Shown in pieces: positions 47,291-56,279 of a stretch of DNA of 64,000 nt. Both the position numbers and the translations under genes were made by a program. The notes under the pieces were generated by a model. That model did not search any database. It worked only from the letters and a program-made list of their open reading frames with translations, and had not been told where the DNA came from. This DNA comes from an uncultured delta proteobacterium (GTDB lineage: Bacteria > Myxococcota_A > Polyangia > Polyangiales > Polyangiaceae). Numbering within the stretch: the stretch's first letter is position 1; every line of letters begins with the position of its first letter. The stretch covers positions 3,488,001-3,552,000 of the forward strand of contig CAWAIF010000003.1 of the NCBI GenBank assembly GCA_963782055.1. Reading direction: 5' to 3'.

Positions 47291-47764
47291 TCACCAGCGG
47301 TGATACGCCGGGTGGCCCGGCTTCACCGCGACGAAGGTGCCGCGGCAGGTGGCGGTCACCTTGTCGTTGGCGGTGATCGTCGCCTCCACCACCGCGCGGT
47401 CCGGGCCCGATTCCACCACCTTCGCCCGCAGGTGGAGCGTGGCGTCGAGGGGTGTCGGCCGCTTGAGGGTGACGTGGAAGTCGGCGGTGACGGTGCAGGG
47501 CGGCGCGTCGGCGCCCGACGCCTTCATCAGGTGCATCGTCGCCATCCAGTTGGAGTGGCAGTCCAGCAGCGCGCCGCAGATGCCGCCGTTGAGCACGTCG
47601 GGGAAGGCGAGGTGGTGCGGCTCGGGCTTCCAGTCGCACACGAGCTCGTCGCCCTCCTCGAAGCTGCGGATGCGAAGGCCCTTGGCGTTGGCCGGGCCGC
47701 ACCCGAAGCACTCGTTGTGGGGGGCGTAGCGCTCCTGCACGCTGGGGCCCGAGCGCTCCGTCAC
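47291..47764 (-). CDS. PaaI/hot-dog thioesterase
   Basis: CFGCGPANAKGL, LNGGICGALLDCH, VTADFHVTLKRPTP. GTG start overlaps the upstream stop. Confidence 0.85.
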   Translation of the reverse strand: MTERSGPSVQERYAPHNECFGCGPANAKGLRIRSFEEGDELVCDWKPEPHHLAFPDVLNGGICGALLDCHSNWMATMHLMKASGADAPPCTVTADFHVTLKRPTPLDATLHLRAKVVESGPDRAVVEATITANDKVTATCRGTFVAVKPGHPAYHRW

Positions 47765-47886
47765 TTCTTCTTTTCCTTGGCGGGGGCGGCGGGCTTCTTC
47801 TCCTGCTTGTCGCGCCACTCGGCCAGCTTCTTGGCGCGGCGCCGCTTCTGCTTGTGGCGCTTGGCGGGGGCTTGCGGGGTCGTCAT
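47761..47886 (-). CDS. Small highly basic protein (41 aa)
   Basis: MTTPQAPAKRHKQKRRRAKKLAEWRDKQEKKPAAPAKEKKK. GGAG RBS 8 nt upstream, high GC3, GTGA-coupled to the thioesterase. Confidence 0.65.
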   Translation of the reverse strand: MTTPQAPAKRHKQKRRRAKKLAEWRDKQEKKPAAPAKEKKK

Positions 47887-48006
47887 GGGGGCATCTCCGT
47901 GCTGCGCGCGAAACCGCTCCGCGCGGCGCAGCACGGTAGTCGCTCCTTGCGCACACGCAAGAGAGGAACGCCGCCTCGACGCCGGGCGGGCAGGCGTGAC
48001 GACCGG

Positions 48007-48867
48007 TCAGGTCGCCTGCTTGACGTCCACCATGGCGCGGCTCACGTCCTCGAGGGACTCGCCGACGTGCAGGGCGCTCTTGAGGGCGGCGTCGTCGAGG
48101 CCGACGGCCGCCGCGCGCGCGGTGTCCGCCGCCGTGTACGCGCGGGAGAGGGCCGTGACGTGATCGCGGATGCGCTGGTCGACCATCTCGACCACCGCCA
48201 GGGCCGTGGCGCCGGCGGGCTCCCTCTGGGCGCGGGCGCGGTTGCGCTCCAGTCGCACGCGGGCGTTGGCGAGCTTCAGCAGCGTGCCCCACGTGCGGTG
48301 CACGCCCTTGTCGGCGGCCACGTCACCGGGCACGTCCTCCACCTGCCGGCGCAGCTCGGCGCCGTCGCGAAGGGCGGCGCGCGCGGGGTCGCTGACACGC
48401 GCCGACGCGCTCTCCAGCGCGTGCGCGAGCGGGTCGTCGGCGTCGACGAGCAGGGGAAGGGCGACGAGCACCGCGGCGACGACGACGGCCACCGCGCGCA
48501 CCGCGGGCGAGGCGCTGCCGTAGGCCGCCGCGAGCGATCCGGCGAGGGCGCCCACCAGCAGCGTGGAGCCGACGTGCAGCAGCCGGGCCTGCGTGCCGCG
48601 CACGCGCGAGGTGCGCTCGGCGAAGGCGAGCGCGACGAGGACCGCGCCGCCCGCGGCGGGGGAGACGCTCCCGAGGACCGTCCCGGCGAGCGCGCCGGCT
48701 GCGCCGCCGGCGACGGCGAGGGACTGGAAGGCGCCGCTGGCCGCGAGGGCCAGGCCGACGGCGAGCGCCACCAGCCAGGCGGAGCCGGGCACGACCCCGA
48801 AGCGGGTGGCGAGCGGCGCCAGGCCGAAGGCGCAGGCGGCGGCGACGAGAAGGAGGATCTTGCGCAT
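48007..48867 (-). CDS. Membrane protein with helical cytoplasmic C-terminal domain
   Basis: Several N-terminal hydrophobic helices and a charged helical C-terminus. Starts 9 bp after the VWA gene, with a GGAG RBS. Confidence 0.7.
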   Translation of the reverse strand: MRKILLLVAAACAFGLAPLATRFGVVPGSAWLVALAVGLALAASGAFQSLAVAGGAAGALAGTVLGSVSPAAGGAVLVALAFAERTSRVRGTQARLLHVGSTLLVGALAGSLAAAYGSASPAVRAVAVVVAAVLVALPLLVDADDPLAHALESASARVSDPARAALRDGAELRRQVEDVPGDVAADKGVHRTWGTLLKLANARVRLERNRARAQREPAGATALAVVEMVDQRIRDHVTALSRAYTAADTARAAAVGLDDAALKSALHVGESLEDVSRAMVDVKQAT

Positions 48868-48876
48868 GACGGGCTC

Positions 48877-50307
48877 CTAGAAGGCCTTCCGGGCGAGGTT
48901 GCTGCTGTCGATCTCGTAGGCGCGCTTGGCGGCCGCCCTGCCGGCAAGGGAGCCGGGGGCCGCCCTGAAGCGGTGCTTGGTGGCGGCATAGGTCTTCTGC
49001 TGGTTCACCAGGGCGGCGGCCGCAGGTGCGGGCGCGTCCGCGGCGACCGCGCCGAGGTCGGCGATGTTCTGATCGATGAGCCCCTGCGCGCGCGTCACGT
49101 CGCCCTTGGCGTAGGCCTCGGCCGCCTCCAGCTCGCGCTGGGAGGCGATGACGCTGGTCGCGCTGGCGAGCACCGCGCCGTCGCGCCCCTCCGCGACGAC
49201 CTTCGGGTCGATGGTGCCGGCGATGGCGAGGCCGCCGAAGGCGACGTCCTGCGAGCCCCGCGCGTCCCCGACGACCGTCCAGAGGGCGTGACCGCCGAGG
49301 GGAGCCCTCTCGCCGTCGCCCAGGCGCGCGGTCACGTGGACGATGGCGCGTCGCTCGTCACCGGCGAAGAGCGCCCCGAGGCGCAGCTCCACCTCGTCGT
49401 CGTCGATGACGCGCGCGTCGGCGCCGGAGGCGCTGACGAAGCGCACGCCGGGCGCCAGGTGCAGCCGCACCCTCGCGTCCTCGATGGTGGTCGCCGCGGC
49501 CTCGTCCAGCTCGCGGTGCAGGAAGCCGGCGAGGGCAGGGGCGTCCTTGACGAACCCGAAGTTGCCGTGGCCGGCCTGCGAGACCCCGCTCATGTAGGCC
49601 TCGTCGAAGTCCAGCCCGATGCCCAGCGTCGAGACGGTGACGCCCTTCTCGAACGCCTCCTTCGCCATGCGGGTGCTCTCCGGGCGGGAGGAGTCCAGAC
49701 CGTCGCTCACCAGCACGACGCGGTCGACGCGCCCCGTGCCCGCCTCCTCCAGCGCGTGCAGGCCGCTCGAGAGGCCGCGGGGGATGGCGGTCCCGCCCTC
49801 CGCCTCGATGTGACGAACGCGCTGGTTGACCTCCTCGCGGACCTCGCCGAGGCGCGCGAGCGGCTGCACCACCGTGGCGTCGTCGGAGTAGCGGATGACG
49901 GCGATCTCGTCGTCGTCGCGCATGTCGCGCACCAGCGCCAGGACCGCGTTCTTCGCCTGGTCGATCTTCTCGCCGTACATCGACCCGGAGGTGTCGAGCA
50001 CCACCGCGAGGGCGAGGGGAGCGCGCTCCTGCTCGCGCCCGCTGCGATCGGCGTGCAGGCTCACCTCGGCGTACACGTCGCGCTCGCCGCCGCTCAGGAC
50101 GGCGGTGTGGCTGAGCGAGACGGTGCCGTGCGCGCCCTGGCCGGAGAAGGACGCGACGTTGCCGGTGGGGTTGGTCATGAGCGGCTGACCGACGGCGCCG
50201 GCCGCGGGCGCGCGGAACAGCACGAGGCCTCCGGTGGCGAGGACGACGGCGCTCGCGGCGATTCCGCGTCGGATCCGTGGGCTTGCGAGCCATGCAGCGA
50301 TCGACAT
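48877..50307 (-). CDS. Exported VWA-domain protein, paralogous to 5274-6788
   Basis: VLDTSGSM, GGT, VLVSDG, TLGIGLDFDE. N-terminal hydrophobic segment. Confidence 0.85.
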   Translation of the reverse strand: MSIAAWLASPRIRRGIAASAVVLATGGLVLFRAPAAGAVGQPLMTNPTGNVASFSGQGAHGTVSLSHTAVLSGGERDVYAEVSLHADRSGREQERAPLALAVVLDTSGSMYGEKIDQAKNAVLALVRDMRDDDEIAVIRYSDDATVVQPLARLGEVREEVNQRVRHIEAEGGTAIPRGLSSGLHALEEAGTGRVDRVVLVSDGLDSSRPESTRMAKEAFEKGVTVSTLGIGLDFDEAYMSGVSQAGHGNFGFVKDAPALAGFLHRELDEAAATTIEDARVRLHLAPGVRFVSASGADARVIDDDEVELRLGALFAGDERRAIVHVTARLGDGERAPLGGHALWTVVGDARGSQDVAFGGLAIAGTIDPKVVAEGRDGAVLASATSVIASQRELEAAEAYAKGDVTRAQGLIDQNIADLGAVAADAPAPAAAALVNQQKTYAATKHRFRAAPGSLAGRAAAKRAYEIDSSNLARKAF

Positions 50308-50469
50308 GAGGGTCCTTTGGTGGGGCTGTCGTCCTTAGGACGCCTCACGCGCCGAAAAGTTCTCCGGAACTGGCGGCCCTCCGGTGGCCGCTAATTTCAC
50401 TTCGGCGATCGCGCTCCGATACGATTTCTCATGGGTCGGGCGCGCGTGTCCGGCCCCCCGGAGGTCACC

Positions 50470-50886
50470 ATGTTCTTCGTTCCCCGCAATCAGCGCGTCA
50501 GCACGCGCCACGCCGTCGAGTTGTCCTGCCAGGTCGTGCGGGAGCGTGATTTCCGCCTCGTCGGCGACACCACCCTCGACCTCTCCGCGGAGGGGATGCT
50601 CGTCCGGTCGGTCGCCGACCTCACCCCGGGGGAGGACGTCCTCGTCTCCTTCCACGCGAAGAAGCTGGGCATCTGGTTCGACATGGACGCCAGGGTGGCG
50701 CGGGTGATCCGCGGCCGCCGCCCGACCGACCGGGGCCGCGCCATCGGCCTGCGCTTCCACGACATCTCGCCCATCTCGCGGCTGATCCTGCGCGGCCACC
50801 TGCGTCGCCTCCCGCCGCCGGTGCCTCGCCGCGAGGTGCGCGTGGACTACGCCGAGACCGTGCGGCGCATCGCCGAGCTTTCCTGA
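50470..50886 (+). CDS. PilZ-domain protein
   Basis: RxxxR (RVSTR) and DxSxxG (DLSAEG) c-di-GMP motifs, GLRF. GGAGG RBS. Confidence 0.85.
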   Translation: MFFVPRNQRVSTRHAVELSCQVVRERDFRLVGDTTLDLSAEGMLVRSVADLTPGEDVLVSFHAKKLGIWFDMDARVARVIRGRRPTDRGRAIGLRFHDISPISRLILRGHLRRLPPPVPRREVRVDYAETVRRIAELS

Positions 50887-50893
50887 GCCGCGG

Positions 50894-51871
50894 CTAGCTC
50901 TCCTCCGGGGGAGCGCCGCCGCCGCTGCGGGCGAGGTCCTCCTGCCGGACCTTGTCCACGTTGAAGCGCGCCGCGCGGTCGCGCATGGTGGTCAGCACCT
51001 GCGTGACGCCCGGCAGGTCGCCCTTGATCCACCGCAGCGGGTTGATGCGCGCGACGACGAAGGGGCGGAGGTACGGGCTGGTGAGCCCGCGCTCGCGCAG
51101 GCCGGCGACGACGGCCGAGACCTTCGCCTCCACCTCCTGCACCAGCGCCGCGGTCTTCTCCCGCGCGGCCAGGGCGTCGCGTAGCGGCTCCGCCGAGAAC
51201 ACCTCCAGGCGGCGGAGCACCGGGTGGTACGCGCCGCCGGGGAAGCGCCCGTCCTTCTCGTAGCAGAGGCCGAGCGTCACCAGCGCGGGGTCCTCCAGGT
51301 AGAAGGCGAAGGACTCCTCCGGGGCGCGGGCGGCGGCGACACCGCGCGCCGCGGGGGCCTCCTCCATCAGGTTGCGGTAGATGCGGATGACCTCCATCGC
51401 CCGCTCGCGCAGGTTGTGGGCCTTCTCGGTGTTGAGCGCGAGGATCTGCCAGGCGACCTCGTGCTCCGGGACGACCAGCGCGGTGATCGCCTTCGCCCCC
51501 AGCTTGCGCATCGCCTGCAGGCGGTGGTTGCCGTTGGGCGTCCAGAAGCCGCCGCCGGGCGCCGTCACGCACACGATGGGGTCGAGGTAGCGGCCGGTCT
51601 TGTCGATGACGTCCATCAGCCGCTTCTCGTGCGGGGCGGAGACGTCGCGCTGGAAGGGGGTGGGCTCCACCTTCTCGGCGGGGAGCATCGCCATCACCAG
51701 CGTGCGGCCGGCGAAGGGATCGCGGTACGCGCCGATGACGACGCCGCCCTCCTTCGCGATGCGTGCGCCGGTTTCGCCCGCGTCGACGTCGCCGACGCAG
51801 TCCTCCGGCGCGAGCAGCGCGCGCTTCTCGGTGTGCTTCTTCTTGCGCACGGGCTTCTTCCGGGCGGCCAT
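50894..51871 (-). CDS. ParB/Srx-like N-terminal domain protein
   Basis: PTPFQRD, YLDPIV, TPNGNHRLQA, LNTEK. GGAGG RBS before ATG 51871. Confidence 0.75.
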   Translation of the reverse strand: MAARKKPVRKKKHTEKRALLAPEDCVGDVDAGETGARIAKEGGVVIGAYRDPFAGRTLVMAMLPAEKVEPTPFQRDVSAPHEKRLMDVIDKTGRYLDPIVCVTAPGGGFWTPNGNHRLQAMRKLGAKAITALVVPEHEVAWQILALNTEKAHNLRERAMEVIRIYRNLMEEAPAARGVAAARAPEESFAFYLEDPALVTLGLCYEKDGRFPGGAYHPVLRRLEVFSAEPLRDALAAREKTAALVQEVEAKVSAVVAGLRERGLTSPYLRPFVVARINPLRWIKGDLPGVTQVLTTMRDRAARFNVDKVRQEDLARSGGGAPPEES

Positions 51872-51921
51872 GCCTCCGGGACTAGCACCCGGGCCCTCCG
51901 GACTGAAGAGCACACGGTCCG

Positions 51922-53754
51922 TCAGCGGTAGCCGGCGGCCTGCAGCTCGAAGAGGCGCGCGTAGAGGGCGCCGGCGGCCACCAGGCTCTCGTGCGTGCCC
52001 TGCTCCACGATGCGCCCGCCGTCCAGCACCACGATGCGGTCCGCCATGCGGACCGTCGGGAAGCGGTGCGAGACCAGCAGGCAGGTGCGGTCGCGCGTGA
52101 GCTCCGAGAAGCGGGTGAAGACCGCGTGCTCGGCCTCGGCGTCGAGGGCGGCCGTCGGCTCGTCCAGCACCAGGATGTCGGCGCCGTCGCGCATGAAGGC
52201 GCGGGCGAGGGCGATCTTCTGCCACTGGCCGCCGGAGAGCTCCACGCCGTCGCGGAACCGGCGGCCGAGCTGCGCCTCGATCCCCTGCGGCAGGGACGCG
52301 ATGAAGTCCGCGGCGCCGGCGCGCTCCAGCGAGCGCTCGATGCGTGGGGTGTCGCCGATGGAGTCCACCTCTCCCACGCCGACGTTCTCGCGCACGGTGA
52401 GCTGGTACTGGGCGAAGTCCTGGAAGACCACCCCGATGCGGCTGCGCAGCGCCTCGGCGTCCCACGCGGTGACGGGCCTGCCGTCCACCAGCACGCGGCC
52501 CTCCGTCGGCTCGTACAGGCCGGCGAGGAGCTTGATGAGGGTGGTCTTGCCCGCGCCGTTGTGGCCGACGAGCGCCAGCCGCTCCCCGCGCCGCACGTGC
52601 AGGCTCACGTGGCGCAGGGCCCAGTCTTCCTTGCCGGGGTACTGGAAGCCCACGTCGTCGAAGACGATGCCCTCCTCGGCGCCGTCGACGGCCGGGGCGG
52701 CGTGCTCGGCGCGGCCCCCGCCGTCCCCGTTCTCCAGCACCGGGATGGCCAGGTAGGAGAAGAGGTTGGACATGTAGAGGTTGTCCTCGTGCATGCCCGT
52801 CAGCGCGGAGAGCACCGCCTGAAAGCTCTCCTGCCCCTGCCGGAACGCGACCATGTAGAGCGTCATGTTGCCGAGGGTGATGCGCCCGGCGGCGGCGGCG
52901 ATCGCCATGGCCACGTAGCAGCCGTAGAAAGCGCCGCTCGAGAGCAGGGACAGGGCGAGGGCCCACGCGCTGCGTCGCTTGGCGAGGCCCGCGTCCTCGC
53001 GGAAGAACGCCTCGCCCAGGTCGCGGTAGCGGCCGAGGAGCATCGGCCCCAGGCCGAAGAGCTTCACCTCCTTGGCGTGCTCGTCGCTGGCGAGCACGTA
53101 CTCCAGGTACATGAGCTTGCGCGCCTCCGGCGAGCGCCAGTTGCGCACGCGGAACGCCAGGCTGGAGAAGCGCAGCTCGGCCACGGTCGCCGGCACGGTG
53201 GCGACCAGCAGGCCGAGCACCACCAGCGGGCTGAAGCGCACCAGCAGCGCGACGTAGCCGGCGAGGGTGATCAGGCTCTGCGCGATCTGGAAGGTGCGCG
53301 TGACCATGGAGAGCGGGCGGGCCGAGGCCTCGCGGCGCGCGCGCGTGAGCTGGTCGTAGAACTCGGAGTCCTCGAAGTGACGGAGGTCCAGCGTCAGCGC
53401 CTTCTGCAGGATGGCGACGTTGACCTCCAGCGAGAGGCGCGCGCCGAGCACCGAGCGCACGAGCGCGTTGCCTTGCTGTGCCCCGAGGCGCAGCAGGGCC
53501 GCCGCGAGCTCCAGCAGCACCCAGCGGACCGCGTCGTGCGCGTCGTGCGCGACGACGGCGTCGATGATGCGCTTGCCCGCGTACGCCATCGCGATCGGCG
53601 CGAGCGCGCCGAACACGGTGAGCGCGGCGAGGGCGAGCGTCCACGCCGGGGACGCTCGGTACACCAGCGCGAGCGTGCGCGGCGTGTGCCGGAAGCTCCG
53701 CAGCGAGAGCGTCTTGGTGCGCTCGGGCGGGGCGGGGTGCGCCCTGTGTCTCAC
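51922..53754 (-). CDS. ABC transporter, fused permease/ATPase (exporter type)
   Basis: TM domain, GHNGAGKTT, LSGGQWQ, ILVLDEPT, SHR. Confidence 0.93.
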   Translation of the reverse strand: MRHRAHPAPPERTKTLSLRSFRHTPRTLALVYRASPAWTLALAALTVFGALAPIAMAYAGKRIIDAVVAHDAHDAVRWVLLELAAALLRLGAQQGNALVRSVLGARLSLEVNVAILQKALTLDLRHFEDSEFYDQLTRARREASARPLSMVTRTFQIAQSLITLAGYVALLVRFSPLVVLGLLVATVPATVAELRFSSLAFRVRNWRSPEARKLMYLEYVLASDEHAKEVKLFGLGPMLLGRYRDLGEAFFREDAGLAKRRSAWALALSLLSSGAFYGCYVAMAIAAAAGRITLGNMTLYMVAFRQGQESFQAVLSALTGMHEDNLYMSNLFSYLAIPVLENGDGGGRAEHAAPAVDGAEEGIVFDDVGFQYPGKEDWALRHVSLHVRRGERLALVGHNGAGKTTLIKLLAGLYEPTEGRVLVDGRPVTAWDAEALRSRIGVVFQDFAQYQLTVRENVGVGEVDSIGDTPRIERSLERAGAADFIASLPQGIEAQLGRRFRDGVELSGGQWQKIALARAFMRDGADILVLDEPTAALDAEAEHAVFTRFSELTRDRTCLLVSHRFPTVRMADRIVVLDGGRIVEQGTHESLVAAGALYARLFELQAAGYR

Positions 53755-53916
53755 CAGCGGTACCTAATCACCACGGCTGAAGGCGTCGAGCTGGACAGAT
53801 CGGTAGTACCCCGCTCGTCGGACTCGCGCCCCGCCGGTCCGGCGTCGGCCCCGGGAGACCCTGGAACGCTCAGGCCGCGACCCCCGACGCGCCGCGAAGA
53901 GCCCGCCGGGGAGGGA

Positions 53917-54327
53917 TCAGAGCGAGACGTCGAAGACGTCTCGCATGGCGGGGTAGGGGTCGTCGTTCCACTCCATGCCGTCGAGGCCGACGCGGAAGGA
54001 TGTGGTCAGCCCGTCGCCCCAGGGCCACCAGAGGCCGAAGACGACCAGCCCGCCCCCATCGTCCGCGGTGAGCAGCATCTGGCCCATGCGCAGGCCGCCG
54101 GTGCGCTCGGCCAGGCGCCGCAGATCGACCGAGGCACGGGCGAGGGTCGCCGGGGTGTACTCGACGGGCAGCGCGGCGCGGGCGGCGGCCCGGGCGGCGC
54201 CCTCGAACTCCACGCTGAAGGAGGAGGTGATGCAGACGAGGCGGCTGTCCCAGCTCCACGCGCGTGCGGGCCAGCTCGCTTTCAGCTTGGCGAAGCGATC
54301 GAAGAGCGACTGCCAAGGATGGCTCAT
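53917..54327 (-). CDS. Hypothetical protein
   Basis: Coding-like composition (WSWDSR, TGGLRMGQ, FGLWWPWG). Start is ATG 54327 or GTG 54393. Confidence 0.65.
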   Translation of the reverse strand: MSHPWQSLFDRFAKLKASWPARAWSWDSRLVCITSSFSVEFEGAARAAARAALPVEYTPATLARASVDLRRLAERTGGLRMGQMLLTADDGGGLVVFGLWWPWGDGLTTSFRVGLDGMEWNDDPYPAMRDVFDVSL

Positions 54328-54389
54328 GACCGTGCACGTTACCGTTGTGAGGGCGCGAACCCAAGCTTTCGACGCGGCCGCCGGAAGGT

Positions 54390-54551
54390 TCACGTCGGCG
54401 GTGGCGGGCGAGGGGGATCGCGCGGCAAAATCAGCGCGATGACCACCTCCCCGTAGCGGTTGACCTTGTCGAGCACGCGGGCGCCGCGCAGCCCCTTGCG
54501 GCGGGCGAGCTCGTCGATGGCGGCCTTGAGCTGCTGCACGAGGAGGTTCAC
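54390..54551 (-). CDS. Small hypothetical protein (53 aa)
   Basis: MNLLVQQLKAAIDELARRKGLRGARVLDKVNRYGEVVIALILPRDPPRPPPPT. Strong GC3 bias; below the ORF-track cutoff. Confidence 0.6.
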   Translation of the reverse strand: MNLLVQQLKAAIDELARRKGLRGARVLDKVNRYGEVVIALILPRDPPRPPPPT

Positions 54552-54755
54552 GAGACCACCCTGATACTGTTCGCCCGTTCAGTCAAGACCCGGCGGGCGC
54601 CGCGTGAGCTCAGCCGCACGGCCGCCTCGGGGTCGACCGCCAGCATGCTGGCCATCGAACGTTCAGCGCTGACGGACGGGAGGGGGGAGGGGCCGGCAGC
54701 GGAGCGGAACTTCCGGCCGGCGGGGCTGTCGCTCCTGGCAAGGAGGTCCTTCGCC

Positions 54756-55019
54756 ATGTCCGCGTACCGCACCCCGCCGCCTTCCGAGATGCTCCCGAAG
54801 CCGCCCCCCGCGCGCCGCGCGATCACCTGGGCCGTGCTGGTGCTCTCCCTCGGCGGGCACGTCGGCGTCCTCGCCGCCGGCTTCTTGATGCAGCCGGCCC
54901 CCCCGCAGCCGCCGCCCACCGCTGTCGTCACCGTCCTCTCCGGCCACGTCAATCCCTTCACCGGCGACATCCACGCGAACGGGTACCGCAGCGCGCGCGT
55001 GCGGGTCGCTCGGCGGTAG
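54756..55019 (+). CDS. Small single-TM protein
   Basis: AAGGAGG RBS, Pro-rich N-terminus, one hydrophobic helix. Confidence 0.6.
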   Translation: MSAYRTPPPSEMLPKPPPARRAITWAVLVLSLGGHVGVLAAGFLMQPAPPQPPPTAVVTVLSGHVNPFTGDIHANGYRSARVRVARR

Positions 55020-55145
55020 CGGTCGCCCGCGCCATCCGACTCGCGGCGCGCCGCGACCTCGCGTGGAGCCGCGAGCGCTCGGGTGGTCGGGCCCGCCGCC
55101 CACGCGCCGAATCCCGACGGCACGGAGAGTGCACCCGGCGCCGCC

Positions 55146-56279
55146 GTGCGAAGGCGATCCCTCTGGATGACCGTGGCCGCAGGGACCCTCGCGGTGAGCG
55201 CCGCGTGGCTCGCCCGGCCCGCGCGCGTCGCCACCGCCGAGTCCGACCCGGCGGAGGCGCCGGCGGACGTCATCGTCCTCGCCACTCCCCACGAGGTGGA
55301 CGCGCGCGCCACCGTCGTGCGCGTCGTGCACGTCGGCGCCGGCGGGGTGAGCGAGCGCGCGCTGGGCGCGGTGGCACACCCGCCGGGCGCTGTGGTCCGC
55401 GCCGACGCCGCGGGTGAGCGCGTCTTCGTGGTGGCCGACGAGGAGGGCGCCGCGGACCCCGACTGGGGCGCCGCGCTCTTCCGCGTGGACGCCTCCGGCA
55501 CCACGCGTCTCGCCGGCGGCGTGGGCCACGCGCGCAAGCCGCTCGTCTCGGCGGGCGGCGAGGTCTACGTCGAGCGGGGCCTGTCCGGCCCGCCGCCCAC
55601 CGACGCCGACGCGCGCGCCGGCCGCCTGCGCCTGGACTCCATCACGCTGGACGCCGTCGATCCCGCGTCGGGCGCGAACCATGCACTCTACACGGACACC
55701 GCGTACTGCCTGCACCTCGCCGGGGAGGCGCGCGGCGAGCTCGTCGTCTACCGCGTCGGCCCCTCCGGCGCGGACCTCGTCGCCGTCGACGAGGCGACCG
55801 GCGCGTCGCGCCTGATCACCACCGTCCCGCCCTTCGCGCGCGACTTCAGCGTGACGGCGGCGGGCGATGCGCTCGTCTTCTCCGACCGCGACCCGACGGA
55901 CGCCGGCACCTGGACGGTCGTACGCGTCGACCTCGCCACCGGCGCGCTCACCACGCTGAGCGCACGGCGCGGAGACGCCCCGGCGCCCTTCGCGCTGCCC
56001 GGCGGAGACGTCGCGTGGAGCGCCGCCGGACGCCGCGGCCTGAGGCTGGCGAGCTGGTCCGCCTCCCGTCCGCCGCTCGCGCCCCTCGGCGCGGGCTTCG
56101 ACGCCGTGCAGGCGATGGCGCCGGACGGCGCGTGGGTGGCCCTGCTCCACGTCCCGCCCGGCGGCTATGACGAGTCCGCCGCGGTGGACCTGCACACCTC
56201 GCGCGTGGTGCGCCTCACATCCGGTGACGAGCGCATCGACGTGGTGGGCTTCGTCGGCTCGCGGGACGTGGCGCGATGA
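55146..56279 (+). CDS. Exported beta-propeller-like protein
   Basis: Signal-like N-terminus (start uncertain) and repeated VD..TG..R blade-like units. ATGA-coupled to the next gene. Confidence 0.6.
   Translation: MRRRSLWMTVAAGTLAVSAAWLARPARVATAESDPAEAPADVIVLATPHEVDARATVVRVVHVGAGGVSERALGAVAHPPGAVVRADAAGERVFVVADEEGAADPDWGAALFRVDASGTTRLAGGVGHARKPLVSAGGEVYVERGLSGPPPTDADARAGRLRLDSITLDAVDPASGANHALYTDTAYCLHLAGEARGELVVYRVGPSGADLVAVDEATGASRLITTVPPFARDFSVTAAGDALVFSDRDPTDAGTWTVVRVDLATGALTTLSARRGDAPAPFALPGGDVAWSAAGRRGLRLASWSASRPPLAPLGAGFDAVQAMAPDGAWVALLHVPPGGYDESAAVDLHTSRVVRLTSGDERIDVVGFVGSRDVAR

Noticed and set aside
449..47376. Very long alternative-frame or antisense ORFs (e.g. 43102-47376, 8740-11400, 38288-40918) and N-terminal extensions (449, 7978, 23649, 29217)
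   Set aside because: They are Arg/Ala/Pro-rich shadows expected from stop-codon scarcity in high-GC DNA, and they overlap genes with clear motifs.
53755..53916. Riboswitch or ncRNA upstream of the ABC transporter
   Set aside because: GC-rich pairing is possible, but I recognised no conserved motif.
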